In this document: positions 45,594 to 54,796 of the stretch, one piece after another
How positions within the stretch are numbered: position 1 is the first letter of the stretch
Layout: every line of letters begins with the position of its first letter
Assembly: GCA_038322045.1 (NCBI GenBank)
Contig: JBBQFP010000010.1
Location: 6,506-70,505, forward strand
Source: Actinomycetes bacterium
Lineage (GTDB): Bacteria; Actinomycetota; Actinomycetes; JBBQFP01
Reading direction: 5' to 3'
Length of the DNA stretch: 64,000 bases
The notes under the pieces: model-generated
Database searches by the model: none
The model's input: the letters and a program-made list of their open reading frames with translations, nothing else
What the model was told of the DNA's origin: nothing
Program-made: the position numbers and the translations under genes

Positions 45594-46289
45594 TCACGCC
45601 GCCCGGACGCCCCGGTGCAGCGTGACGACGCCGCCCGTGAGGTCGCGCCAGCCGACGGCGTCCCATCCGGCAGCCGCGACGCGCGCAGCGAGCTCGGGCT
45701 GGGTCGGCCAGGCCCGGATGGACTCGGCGAGGTAGACGTAAGCATCCGGTGCGCTGCTCACCCGCCGGGCCACCTGGGGCAGCGCCCTCATGAGGTACTC
45801 GAGGTAGACGGTGCGGAACGGGGGCCACACCGGGTGGCTGAACTCGCAGACGACGAGGCGGCCACCGGGCCTCGTCACCCGGGCCAGCTCGGCGAGGGCC
45901 TGGTCGACGTCGGCGACGTTGCGCAGCCCGAACGACATCGTCACGGCGTCGAAGACGGCGTCGGTGAAGGGCAGCGCCAGCGCGTCGCCGGCGGTGAACG
46001 CGAGCTCGGGACGGCGACGCTTGCCCACGCGGAGCATGCCGAGGGAGAAGTCGCACGGCACGGCCGTGGCGCCGGCCTTGGCGAAGGGCACCGTCGAGGT
46101 GCCGGTGCCTGCGGCGAGGTCGAGGACGAGCTCCCCAGGCCGGCTGTCGACCGCCCGGACGACGGCGCGCCGCCACGAGCGGGCCAGCCCGAAGGAGAGC
46201 ACGTCGTTGGTGAGGTCGTAGCGCGTCGCGACGCCGTCGAACATCGCGGCGACCTCGGAGGGGGCCTTGTCCAGGGTGGCTCGGGTCAC
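45594..46289 (-). CDS. menG: Demethylmenaquinone methyltransferase
   Basis: [41 protein letters not shown]; GTG at 46289. Confidence 0.94.
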   Translation of the reverse strand: MTRATLDKAPSEVAAMFDGVATRYDLTNDVLSFGLARSWRRAVVRAVDSRPGELVLDLAAGTGTSTVPFAKAGATAVPCDFSLGMLRVGKRRRPELAFTAGDALALPFTDAVFDAVTMSFGLRNVADVDQALAELARVTRPGGRLVVCEFSHPVWPPFRTVYLEYLMRALPQVARRVSSAPDAYVYLAESIRAWPTQPELAARVAAAGWDAVGWRDLTGGVVTLHRGVRAA

Positions 46290-46311
46290 CGGTGCATCCT
46301 CCCCGACGCGG

Positions 46312-46347
46312 ACGGCGACCGGCGACTGCACGGCGACCGGCGACCGC
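46312..46347. repeat. 18-bp tandem duplication between divergent menG and menF
   Basis: ACGGCGACCGGCGACTGC / ACGGCGACCGGCGACCGC. Confidence 0.8.
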
Positions 46348-46387
46348 GGCATGTGCGCACGCTCGCGCGCGCCTATCCTCGGGTGTC

Positions 46388-47692
46388 GTGTCCTCCCCTG
46401 CGCTTCCCGCCGCCGCCCCCGTGGTGGCTCGGCGCACGGCCAAGACGGTCGAGGTCACCGACGTCGGCCCCCTCCTCGAGCGGCTGCCCGACCCCCACGG
46501 GGTCGCCTGGGTGCGCGCCGGCGAGGGTCTCGTCGGCTGGGGCGTGGCTGCGCGGGTCGAGCTCTCGGGGCCCGACCGCTTCGGCCTGGCCGACCGCTGG
46601 TGGCGCGCGCAGGTCGCCCGGCTCGACGTCGACGACGACGTGGCCGACGGGCGACGGCGCCCCGGGATGGGGCCGGTCGCGTTCGCCAGCTTCGGGTTCG
46701 CGGACTTCCCCGGCCGCTCGGTGGTCGTCGTCCCGCGCGTCGTGCTCGGGCACCGCGACGGCGTCTCGTGGCTCACGGTCATCTCCCCGGCCGACCCCGA
46801 CCCCGACGCCGACCCCGACCCCGACGCCGACCCCGCGGCGCTTCCCGAGCCAGGTGCCTGCATCCCGCCCTCGCCCGGCACTGTGACGTGGTCGCACGGG
46901 GCCCTCGACGCCGCGGAGTGGCTCACAGCGGTAGAGCGGGCGCTCGGGCGCATCGAGGCCGGCGACGTCGCCAAGGTCGTCCTCGCCCGCGACCTCGTGG
47001 CTCAGACCGCGGCCCCGGTCGACCCGAGGCATCTCCTGCGACGGCTCGCCGAGGGCTACCCGAGCTGCTGGACCTTCGCCGTCGACGGGCTCGTCGGCGC
47101 CACCCCGGAGCTGCTCCTGCGGCTGCGCTCGGGCGAGGTCACCTCACGCGTCCTCGCCGGGACCGTGCGGCGCACCGGGCGGCAGGACGCCGACTTCGCC
47201 GCCGTCGCCGCCCTGCGGACCTCGGGGAAAGACCTCGACGAGCACGAGTACGCCGTCGCCTCGGTCGCGGACTCCCTCAAGCCGTTCTGCCGTGAGCTCG
47301 ACGTCCCCGCCGAGCCAGGGGTGCTCTCCCTGGCCAACGTCTGGCACCTCGCCACCGACGTCCGCGGGACCCTCGCCGGGCACGAGCGCTCCCTCGATGT
47401 CGTCGCCGCGCTGCACCCGTCGGCCGCCGTCGGTGGCACCCCCCGCGCGGCGGCGCTGCGGGTCATCGCCGAGGTCGAGGGCATGGATCGCGGGCGCTAC
47501 GCCGCACCGGTCGGCTGGATGGACGCCGACGGCGACGGCGAGTGGGGAATCGCGCTGCGCTGCGCCGAGGTCTCGGGCACCCAGGTCCGGGCGTTCGCCG
47601 GCTGCGGCATCGTGGCAGGCTCTGCCCCCGAGGCGGAGTACGCCGAGACCCAGGACAAGTTCGTGCCCGTGCGCGAGGCTCTGGAGTCGTGA
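46388..47692 (+). CDS. menF: Isochorismate synthase
   Basis: [46 protein letters not shown]; start approximate. Confidence 0.92.
   Translation: MSSPALPAAAPVVARRTAKTVEVTDVGPLLERLPDPHGVAWVRAGEGLVGWGVAARVELSGPDRFGLADRWWRAQVARLDVDDDVADGRRRPGMGPVAFASFGFADFPGRSVVVVPRVVLGHRDGVSWLTVISPADPDPDADPDPDADPAALPEPGACIPPSPGTVTWSHGALDAAEWLTAVERALGRIEAGDVAKVVLARDLVAQTAAPVDPRHLLRRLAEGYPSCWTFAVDGLVGATPELLLRLRSGEVTSRVLAGTVRRTGRQDADFAAVAALRTSGKDLDEHEYAVASVADSLKPFCRELDVPAEPGVLSLANVWHLATDVRGTLAGHERSLDVVAALHPSAAVGGTPRAAALRVIAEVEGMDRGRYAAPVGWMDADGDGEWGIALRCAEVSGTQVRAFAGCGIVAGSAPEAEYAETQDKFVPVREALES
46790..46835. repeat. In-frame 18-bp repeat in menF (ADPDPD x about 2.5)
   Basis: GCCGACCCCGACCCCGAC units. Confidence 0.85.
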
Positions 47693-47714
47693 CGCTTGAG
47701 AGGATGCCGCGCCC

Positions 47715-48212
47715 ATGGACCGTGTGGAGCCCGCAGGAGGTCTCGACGAGACCGACATGCTCGCGGCCTGGCTCGACTACCACCGCGCCACGCTGCGCGG
47801 GAAGTGCTTCGGCCTGACCGACGACGAGCTCCGGCGCCGCGCCGTGCCGCCCTCAGCACTCTCGCTGCTCGGCCTCGTCCGCCACATGGCCGACGTCGAG
47901 CGAGCCTGGTTCAGCCGGTTCCTCGGGCAGTCCGAGGCACCGCCGCTGTTCTACAGCGACGCCGAGCCCGACGGGGAGTTCACCGGCGTCGACGCCGCCT
48001 CCGTTGACGAAGCCTTCACCGTCTGGGCGCAAGAGTGCGAGGCCGCACGCAGCGTCGTTGTCGGCCTGCAGTCCCTCGATGTCGCCTACGAGCGCCGCGG
48101 CGAGACGCTCTCGGCGCGCTGGGTCATGACGCACATGGTCGAGGAGTACGCGCGGCACAACGGTCACGCCGACCTGCTCCGCGAGAGCATCGACGGGCTG
48201 ACCGGCGAGTAG
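47715..48212 (+). CDS. DinB/DUF664 family protein
   Basis: SLLGLVRHMADVERAWF, HMVEEYARHNGHADLLRESIDG. Confidence 0.9.
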   Translation: MDRVEPAGGLDETDMLAAWLDYHRATLRGKCFGLTDDELRRRAVPPSALSLLGLVRHMADVERAWFSRFLGQSEAPPLFYSDAEPDGEFTGVDAASVDEAFTVWAQECEAARSVVVGLQSLDVAYERRGETLSARWVMTHMVEEYARHNGHADLLRESIDGLTGE

Positions 48213-48291
48213 CCTCCGGCGCTGCGCCGCGCCGCGTCGCGCCGACGCGCCAGCTCGGCCCTTGTCGCCGCGAGCCTGGGGCGCATCCATC

Positions 48292-49647
48292 TCAAGTGCG
48301 CAGTCGCCCGGGGGCGTTGTGGGCGGGCCGCCAGCGTTGCTGGGGATCGACGTGGCGTGGTGGACGGAACCGGGGATGACCGGTGTCGGGGTCGACGCGG
48401 ATGCCCCATCGTGAGGCGTGAGTGAGTCGGTGGTGCGCCCCGCACAGCAGCACCAAGTTGGCGAGGTCGGTAGGACCGCCGTCGGCCCAGTGCCGGATGT
48501 GGTGGGCGTCGCACCACCCGGGCGGGGCGCCGCAGCCGGGGAAGGCGCACCCGTCGTCGCGCACGACCAGGGCCAGCCGAGCCGCGGTAGGCACGGTTCG
48601 CCGATCCCGGCCGACGTCAAGGGGCTGCCCAGCTCCGCCGAGCACGACGGGAACGACCCGGGCCTCACATGCCAGCATCCGCGCGGTGGTGGCGCTGACC
48701 GGGCCGCCCCAGTCCAACGCCCCGACCCCCGGGTCGTTCCCGCGCAAGACCTCCAGGCTGATGGTGACGGTGACCGCGGGACGCGCCCCGCCCTGATGCG
48801 GCAGCAGATCGGACGCCAGCCCGATCTTTGCCAGGGCGAGCAGCGCATCAGCCATCCGCCGCGGCGCCCCGCGTCGATCGAGAGCACCCCCCTGCCGCCG
48901 GTGCGGCACGGCGGCGCTCTGGCTGTCGCCTCCGTCGCCGGGGCCGCGCGCTAGCGCTCCAGGGGCCGCGAGCGGGGTCAGCGCGGACAGCAGCACGGCG
49001 GCGGAGGTGTCGTCGAGCCACCCGCTGACCCGGCGCATCCCCGCCGGGGTCGCGTCAGAGATGCGCAGCGCGTTGCGGCACGCGGGATCTTCCTCGTCGT
49101 CGGGGGCGGAGCCGTCGGGGTCGAGGGCGGCGACCATGGCCGCGCACGCCCGCACGAACCCGCGGGCGTCGAGGGTCTCGACCAGGGTGAGCAGGTGAGC
49201 CTCGGCCTCGTTCACCGCGGCCTCGTCCACCCGTGGCCGGACCGGATCCAGGACGGCGACGAGCCGCTCCGCGTGCCACACGCCCACCCTGCCCCCGGCG
49301 AGCGCGGAGCCGGTGGCCGGGAACCGCCGGGCCAGCGCCGTCGCCGTGCCCACCCACCGGACACCGGCCGCGGGGGTGGTGCCGATGACCTCGGCGACCC
49401 ACCGCCCGGTCGACACCGCGCCATCGTTCAGGGCGACCCCCCGGTCGTCGACCTCGGCGATCAACCGCAGTCGGGCGGAATCCAGCATCCGTCCGGCGGC
49501 CTCGACGCCCCGCAGCAGCCCGGCGAGGTCGGCGCTCTGAACCTCCCAGAGTGGTTCTTCGGCGAGTCGGATCGCGGCGTCATGAAGCACCGCGAGGTCC
49601 GTAGCCACCGCCGATCCCGTGGGATCGAACATATGTTCGACTGACAT
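48292..49647 (-). CDS. DUF222 (13E12-type) HNH endonuclease
   Basis: RDDGCAFPGC...CDAHHIRHWADGGPTDLANLVLLCGAHHRLTH; N-terminal helical DUF222-like region. Confidence 0.9.
   Translation of the reverse strand: MSVEHMFDPTGSAVATDLAVLHDAAIRLAEEPLWEVQSADLAGLLRGVEAAGRMLDSARLRLIAEVDDRGVALNDGAVSTGRWVAEVIGTTPAAGVRWVGTATALARRFPATGSALAGGRVGVWHAERLVAVLDPVRPRVDEAAVNEAEAHLLTLVETLDARGFVRACAAMVAALDPDGSAPDDEEDPACRNALRISDATPAGMRRVSGWLDDTSAAVLLSALTPLAAPGALARGPGDGGDSQSAAVPHRRQGGALDRRGAPRRMADALLALAKIGLASDLLPHQGGARPAVTVTISLEVLRGNDPGVGALDWGGPVSATTARMLACEARVVPVVLGGAGQPLDVGRDRRTVPTAARLALVVRDDGCAFPGCGAPPGWCDAHHIRHWADGGPTDLANLVLLCGAHHRLTHASRWGIRVDPDTGHPRFRPPRHVDPQQRWRPAHNAPGRLRT
49625..49640. promoter_or_regulatory. 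LexA (SOS) box
   Basis: Perfect palindrome TCGAACATATGTTCGA matching actinobacterial TCGAAC-N4-GTTCGA. Confidence 0.85.
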
Positions 49648-49653
49648 GCCGAC

Positions 49654-49675
49654 ACGCTACAACGGTGGTCCGACA
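49654..49675 (-). promoter_or_regulatory. PafBC-dependent (RecA-ND) promoter
   Basis: Minus strand TGTCGG-N10-TAGCGT, 6 nt before ATG 49647. Confidence 0.75.
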
Positions 49676-49704
49676 GTTTCGGGCGGGCGGCATGGCTCAC
49701 CTGT

Positions 49705-50406
49705 TCAGCCTGGGTACCTGCTGATGGAGACCGTCGCGGCGACGGCGGCGAGCTCGCGGGCCCGCTCCGCTGCCCGGGTGCCGAACACGCAGCCCTCGAC
49801 GGCCACTCGCGAGCCGTTCGCGGCCGTGCCGAACAACCGCACGGCGTGGAAGGGTCTCGCGTCGGGCCACTTCATGCACGGGGCTGCAGACAGCGTCCCG
49901 GGATCGGCGGGCACCGCGTCCGGCAGTGCCGACGCGCGTCGCGCAGAAGTGATCCACGCGATGACGCCCTCGGACGGGATCGTCGTCATGGCGTTGGGCC
50001 GCGCGCACCCGGGGGTCCCGTCCCCAGCAGCGCACATGTCGCCGGTGGGGACGGTGCTGATGGAGGGCCCGTCCACGGATGCGCCGAAGGGGTACGAGTG
50101 GTCGGCCGGTGGGGCGCTGACGAGCCAGCCGGGAGGGACCCGCCAGGTCAGGCTGCCCCACGTCGCCGTCGTCCAGGTGCCGTCGACCCTGACGTCGGCC
50201 GGAGCGCTCCGGTCGCGGCTCACGTCGGCTCCCCCGACGGCGACGACGGCCGCAGAGGCGACCGCCACCGACGCGAGGACGGCGACGGCCCCCGCGGCCA
50301 CGCCCCGGCGGCGCCGCGCCTGGCGGCGGACCGCTCTGGGGTCGACGGTCACCGGAGGCGGGCCGGCCACGACGCTGCGCAGCAGCGCCCCGAGCTCCTC
50401 AGCCAT
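49705..50406 (-). CDS. Single-TM hypothetical protein, putative anti-sigma factor
   Basis: Short N-terminus ending RRQARRRR, one TM helix, C-terminal domain with 4 Cys; overlaps the sigma gene stop. Confidence 0.65.
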   Translation of the reverse strand: MAEELGALLRSVVAGPPPVTVDPRAVRRQARRRRGVAAGAVAVLASVAVASAAVVAVGGADVSRDRSAPADVRVDGTWTTATWGSLTWRVPPGWLVSAPPADHSYPFGASVDGPSISTVPTGDMCAAGDGTPGCARPNAMTTIPSEGVIAWITSARRASALPDAVPADPGTLSAAPCMKWPDARPFHAVRLFGTAANGSRVAVEGCVFGTRAAERARELAAVAATVSISRYPG

Positions 50407-50923
50407 GACGGGTCTCCTCTCGTGCGGGGCCGACGAGCTCGGCGAGCGGCCCGGACTCCCGCAGCCGCGCCAGCGCGCGGGAGTGCTGGCTCTTGACGGT
50501 GCCGACCGAGCAGCCGAGGACGCTGGCCGCCTCGGCCTCGGTCAGGTCCTCGAAGTAGCGCAGGACGACGACGGCCCGCTGACCGCGGGTCAGCCCCCCG
50601 AGCGCGCCCGCGACGGCGGCGGCGCGGTCCACGGCCTCGTAGGGGTCACCCGGCGCCTGCCGCTCGGGGAGCACGGCCTGCGGCACCTCGCCGCGCCACC
50701 GACGTCGCCACCACGTGGCGTAGGTGGTCACCAGCACGCGGCGGACGTACACCTCCGGGTCGTCACGCCGCACGATGCCCTTCCAGCGGGGCCACACCTT
50801 GGCGAGCGACGTCTGGACGAGGTCCTGCGCCGTGGCCCAGTCGCCGGTGAGCAGCCAGGCGGTGCGCAGGAGCGCCGGAGACCGCGCCCTGACGAACTCG
50901 TCGAACTCCACTGGCGCGTCCAC
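50399..50923 (-). CDS. ECF sigma factor, SigE family
   Basis: LLRTAWLLTGDWATAQDLVQ, QRAVVVLRYFEDLTE, GTVKSQHSRAL; GTG at 50923. Confidence 0.93.
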   Translation of the reverse strand: MDAPVEFDEFVRARSPALLRTAWLLTGDWATAQDLVQTSLAKVWPRWKGIVRRDDPEVYVRRVLVTTYATWWRRRWRGEVPQAVLPERQAPGDPYEAVDRAAAVAGALGGLTRGQRAVVVLRYFEDLTEAEAASVLGCSVGTVKSQHSRALARLRESGPLAELVGPAREETRHG

Positions 50924-50957
50924 ACCCCTCAGACGACCTGGCAGCACCGAACGGTTG

Positions 50958-52670
50958 TCACGCGTCCCATGCGAGCGCCTCGGAGACCCGCTCCTGCACG
51001 ACGCGGAGCAGGTCCGCGCCCCCGCGCCGGTCGGTGCGGACGTGCAGGACCCTCATGCCGGGGCGCGGCGTCAGGCCGTCCACCAGCTCAGCCGGCGAGG
51101 CTACGTCCACCGTCTCGACGCCGGACGCCCTGCACAGCGCCGTGAGGTCGAGGCCGTGCGGGGTGGCGAAGAGCCGCTCGAAGGAGCGGTGGCGGGACGG
51201 CGGGAGCGTGCCGAAGATGCCCCCACCGTCGTTGTCGACGACGACCACGGTGAGGCCGGGCACCGGCTCTCCGGGGCTGATGACGAGCCCGTTGCTGTCG
51301 TGGATCAGCGACAGGTCACCCATCAGGGCGTAGCCGTGGCCTCCCCCGTCGCGCTGGTGCGCCAGGGCGGCCCCGACCGCGGAGGAGACCAGCCCGTCGA
51401 TGCCCGCCACACCACGGTTGGCCAGGATGCGACCGCAGGCGTCGGCGCGGCTGAAGGCTTCGAGGTCCCGTCCGGGACGGCTGGACCCGACGAGCAGGAC
51501 GGCGTCCTCGGGCAGCGCCGCCGCGAGCAGGCGGGACACGGCCGGCTCGGACAGCCCCTCGCCGAGCAGCGCGTCGATCACCTCGGCGGCGCGGGCGTCA
51601 GCCGCACGCCACGAGTCCAGCCACCCCTCGGGGGCGCCCTGGGGGCCGGCGACCGTCGGCACCTGGTCCAGGATGACGGCGGCGCTGCGGGTGGGGTCCG
51701 ACCACCGGCCCGTCCGGTCCACGACGACGTGGCTCCCCGCCGCCCGCGCCATCGCCAGCGGCGCGCGCGACAGCGTCACCCGTCCGACCGTGAGGACGAC
51801 GTCAGGCTGGTGCTCGGCCGCGAAGGCGTCGTCGGCAAGCAGCAGAGGGTACGCGGCGATCGCGTTCGGTCCGCGCCGGGCGTTGCCGGAGGGCTCGGAG
51901 AGCACCGGCCAGCCGAGGGCCCCCGCCAGCGCCACGGCGCGCGACGCCTCGGCGACGTCGGCCAGGTCACCAACGAGCACGACCCCCCGCCCGCGCAGCA
52001 CGGGCACCTCGGAGACGTCGAGAGCAGCCGCGGCGGCTGGCTGGCGCATCGCGGCCCGACGGCCGGGAGACGCCGCCGCGGCCGATGCGCCGGCGACGGC
52101 GACGGCGTCCGCACCGTCGTCGTCGTCGGGCACCAGCGGCTCGCGGAACGCGAGGTTGAGGTGCACCGGTCCGGGGTCGCGATCATCGGTAGCGACGAGC
52201 ACCGCCCTCGACGCGACCGAGCGCCAGTAGCCCGCCTCGCCGTCGCGGCCCTCGGCGACGCCGACCTCGGCAAACCAGCGGACGGCGCGGCCGTAGAGGT
52301 GGAGCTGGTCGATGGTCTGGTTGGCCCCGGTCCCCCGCAGCTCCGGCGGCCGGTCCGCGGTGAGCACGAGCAGCGGCACCCCGGACTGGGAGGCCTCCAG
52401 CACGGCGCCGTGGAGGATCGCGGCGGCGGTGCCCGAGGTGCACACGACCGGCACGGCTCTGCCCGAGGCGCGGGCCAGGCCGAGCGCGAGGTAGGACGCC
52501 GACCGCTCGTCGATGCGCATGTGCAGGCGCAGCTCCCCTCGCCGGTCCGCCTCGTCGAGAGCGATCGCCAGCGGGGCCGACCGCGAGCCGGGGGCGACGA
52601 CGGCCTCCCGGACGCCGCAGCGGACGAGCTCGCCGACCACGGTCCGCGCCAGCGCGGTGGAGGGGTTCAC
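50958..52670 (-). CDS. menD: SEPHCHC synthase
   Basis: PGSRSAPL, DERSA, CTSGTA, TADRP, NRGVAGIDG, GDLS...NDGGGIF. Confidence 0.96.
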   Translation of the reverse strand: MNPSTALARTVVGELVRCGVREAVVAPGSRSAPLAIALDEADRRGELRLHMRIDERSASYLALGLARASGRAVPVVCTSGTAAAILHGAVLEASQSGVPLLVLTADRPPELRGTGANQTIDQLHLYGRAVRWFAEVGVAEGRDGEAGYWRSVASRAVLVATDDRDPGPVHLNLAFREPLVPDDDDGADAVAVAGASAAAASPGRRAAMRQPAAAAALDVSEVPVLRGRGVVLVGDLADVAEASRAVALAGALGWPVLSEPSGNARRGPNAIAAYPLLLADDAFAAEHQPDVVLTVGRVTLSRAPLAMARAAGSHVVVDRTGRWSDPTRSAAVILDQVPTVAGPQGAPEGWLDSWRAADARAAEVIDALLGEGLSEPAVSRLLAAALPEDAVLLVGSSRPGRDLEAFSRADACGRILANRGVAGIDGLVSSAVGAALAHQRDGGGHGYALMGDLSLIHDSNGLVISPGEPVPGLTVVVVDNDGGGIFGTLPPSRHRSFERLFATPHGLDLTALCRASGVETVDVASPAELVDGLTPRPGMRVLHVRTDRRGGADLLRVVQERVSEALAWDA

Positions 52671-52707
52671 CGGGACATCCTCGCGCGAGGCGGCTTAGCG
52701 TGGACGC

Positions 52708-53571
52708 GTGGAACCCACGACCGCGGCCGGCGGGTTCGCTCGCCTCGTCGAGCTGCTGGCCGGACGACGACTCGCCGTCCTCACCGGGGCCGGCGTCTCC
52801 ACCGACTCGGGGATCCCGGACTATCGCGGGCCGGACTCGCCGCCGCGCACCCCGATGACCTTCCAGCAGTTCGTCGCCGACCCGGCGTTCCGGCGCACCT
52901 ACTGGGCCCGCAACCACGTCGGCTGGCGGCACGTGCACCGCACCGAGCCCAACGCCGGCCACCACGCGCTCGCCGCGATGGAGCGCGCAGGCATGGTGAC
53001 CGGGGTGATCACCCAGAACGTGGACCGGCTGCACACCCTGGCCGGGTCGAGCAACGTGATCGACCTGCACGGCACCTACGCGCAGATCCGCTGCCTGGCC
53101 TGCGACGACCGGACGACACGGGTGGCGCTGGCGCGCCGCCTGGAGGCGCTCAACCCCGGCTTCGGCGCGCGGGCTGTGGTGCACGACGTCGAGATCGCGC
53201 CGGACGCCGATGCAGTGATCGCCTCGACCGAGGGCTTCCTCGTCGCCGACTGCGAGCGCTGCGGCGGGCTGCTCAAGCCCGACATCGTCTACTTCGGCGA
53301 GAACGTGCCAGCCGAGCGCGTCACGCGGGCGTTCTCCTTGGTCGATGCCGCCGACGCCCTGCTGGTCGCGGGCTCCTCGCTCACGGTGTGGTCGGGGTTC
53401 CGGTTCGCCCGGCACGTCGCCCGCAGCGGTCGGCCGCTGGTGATCGTCAACCGGGGCGCCACCCGCGCCGACGACCTGGCCACCCTGCGGCTGGATGCCG
53501 GGACGTCGGAGGCGCTGAGCGCCCTGGCCACGTCATTGGCAGCCCGCCAGCCCGGGACGCCTACGATGTAG
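52708..53571 (+). CDS. NAD-dependent protein deacylase (sirtuin, class II-like)
   Basis: TGAGVSTDSGIPDYRG, ITQNVDRLH, LHG, two CxxC, LKPDIVYFGE. Confidence 0.93.
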   Translation: MEPTTAAGGFARLVELLAGRRLAVLTGAGVSTDSGIPDYRGPDSPPRTPMTFQQFVADPAFRRTYWARNHVGWRHVHRTEPNAGHHALAAMERAGMVTGVITQNVDRLHTLAGSSNVIDLHGTYAQIRCLACDDRTTRVALARRLEALNPGFGARAVVHDVEIAPDADAVIASTEGFLVADCERCGGLLKPDIVYFGENVPAERVTRAFSLVDAADALLVAGSSLTVWSGFRFARHVARSGRPLVIVNRGATRADDLATLRLDAGTSEALSALATSLAARQPGTPTM

Positions 53572-53574
53572 GCC

Positions 53575-54015
53575 ATGGCCTCACCCACGTCCGTGCGATT
53601 CGACAGCACAGTCACTGAGCGGTTGCACCGGTTCTTGTCCGCTCATCCGGGGTTGAGCACGTCCTCGGCGACGAACCTGCTCGTCGACGAGAGTCTGCGC
53701 AGTCACGAGCACCCGTCGGTCATCTTTCGCGACGGCCCAGCCGGCCGGCGCGCGCGACTGGCAGGTGGCCCCGATGTCTGGGAGGTCGTAGCCGCCGTGG
53801 CTAGCGCCCGATCCGCTGAACCCGATCTCGACGCCCCCGCCGTGCTACGGCTGGTCGAGGAGACCAGCGGAGTGCCGGAGCGGCTGATCCGGGCGGCGAT
53901 CGACTACTGGACGGCGTACCCCGCGGAGATCGACGAGTGGGTCATCCGGGCCCAGGAGGAAGCCGGCGAGGCCGAGCAACGCTGGCGCCGCCAGCAACAA
54001 CTGTTGGGCTCGTGA
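53575..54015 (+). CDS. Putative antitoxin (RHH-like N-terminus plus DUF433-like region)
   Basis: HPSVIFRDGPAGRRARLAGGPDVWEVV, AAIDYWTAYPAEIDEW; overlaps the PIN gene (GTGA). Confidence 0.75.
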   Translation: MASPTSVRFDSTVTERLHRFLSAHPGLSTSSATNLLVDESLRSHEHPSVIFRDGPAGRRARLAGGPDVWEVVAAVASARSAEPDLDAPAVLRLVEETSGVPERLIRAAIDYWTAYPAEIDEWVIRAQEEAGEAEQRWRRQQQLLGS

Positions 54016-54395
54016 CCACAGCCCTGCTGCTCGACGAGATGTTCGACCCGCGGATCGCCCGCGCGTTGTGCGAGCTCGGGCACGACTGCCTCGCTGTGGT
54101 GGCGGACCCAGCGTTGCGGGAGAGCAACGACCGCGACCTGTTCGCGATCGCCGCGCGGGATGGCCGGGTGCTGGTGACGAACAACGTCTCGGACTTCGAG
54201 CGCCCGCGACGGGATGCCCAGCACCGCGGCGCCACGACGGCGCCGCTCATCTACACCTCGGATGCCACCTTCCCCCGCGACCGCCGATTCCTCCAGCGCA
54301 TCGTCGAGGCGCTCGACCGGGTAGCCACCAGCGACGCGGTCGCTCGCAGCGGGGGCGTCCTCTGGCTCGAGCCGACGCCTCGCTCGGTCACCTAG
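54012..54395 (+). CDS. DUF5615/VapC45-like PIN-domain toxin
   Basis: LLLDEMF, LGHD, RVLVTNNVSDF; GTG at 54012. Confidence 0.8.
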   Translation: MTTALLLDEMFDPRIARALCELGHDCLAVVADPALRESNDRDLFAIAARDGRVLVTNNVSDFERPRRDAQHRGATTAPLIYTSDATFPRDRRFLQRIVEALDRVATSDAVARSGGVLWLEPTPRSVT

Positions 54396-54796
54396 CTCTG
54401 CTCAGACGGCGGCGCGACCGCGCGAAAGGCCCGGTCCAGCGCTGCGAGCGCCTGCTCGGGGCTCGCGCCGAGCGACCGGGCCTGCCAGACGAACGCTTGG
54501 GCCGCGCCATCGAGGGCTCGGCGCCGCTGCGCCGCGCTGAGCCGGACAACGCCGTCCGCCACGCGGGTCCCCGCACCGCGGCGAGAGACGACCAGCCCGG
54601 CATCCTCGAGCAGCCGGTATGCACGCCCGACGGTCCCCACGGCGAGGCCGAGGTCGCCAGCCAGCTGGCGCAGCGGCGGCAGCCGGTCACCGGGAACGAT
54701 CGCACCCGAGCCGATCAGCGCAGCGAGCTGACGACGAATCTGCTCGAACGGTGGCAGTGGGTCCGCGCTGTCGACGGTGAGGAGGGGGACGCTCAC
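54392..54796 (-). CDS. GntR regulator, YtrA-like short form
   Basis: PPFEQIRRQL, GDRLPPLRQLAGDLGLAVGTVGRAYRLLE, RRGAGTRV; 134 aa. Confidence 0.9.
   Translation of the reverse strand: MSVPLLTVDSADPLPPFEQIRRQLAALIGSGAIVPGDRLPPLRQLAGDLGLAVGTVGRAYRLLEDAGLVVSRRGAGTRVADGVVRLSAAQRRRALDGAAQAFVWQARSLGASPEQALAALDRAFRAVAPPSEQS

Noticed and set aside
48213-49704. HNH gene as a classical IS element
   Set aside because: No transposase motif, terminal inverted repeats or target-site duplication found by eye.
52708-53571. Sirtuin as a Sir2 anti-phage effector (Thoeris, DSR or Sir2-HerA type)
   Set aside because: Canonical single-domain Zn-binding deacylase with no TIR, HerA or Argonaute partner nearby.
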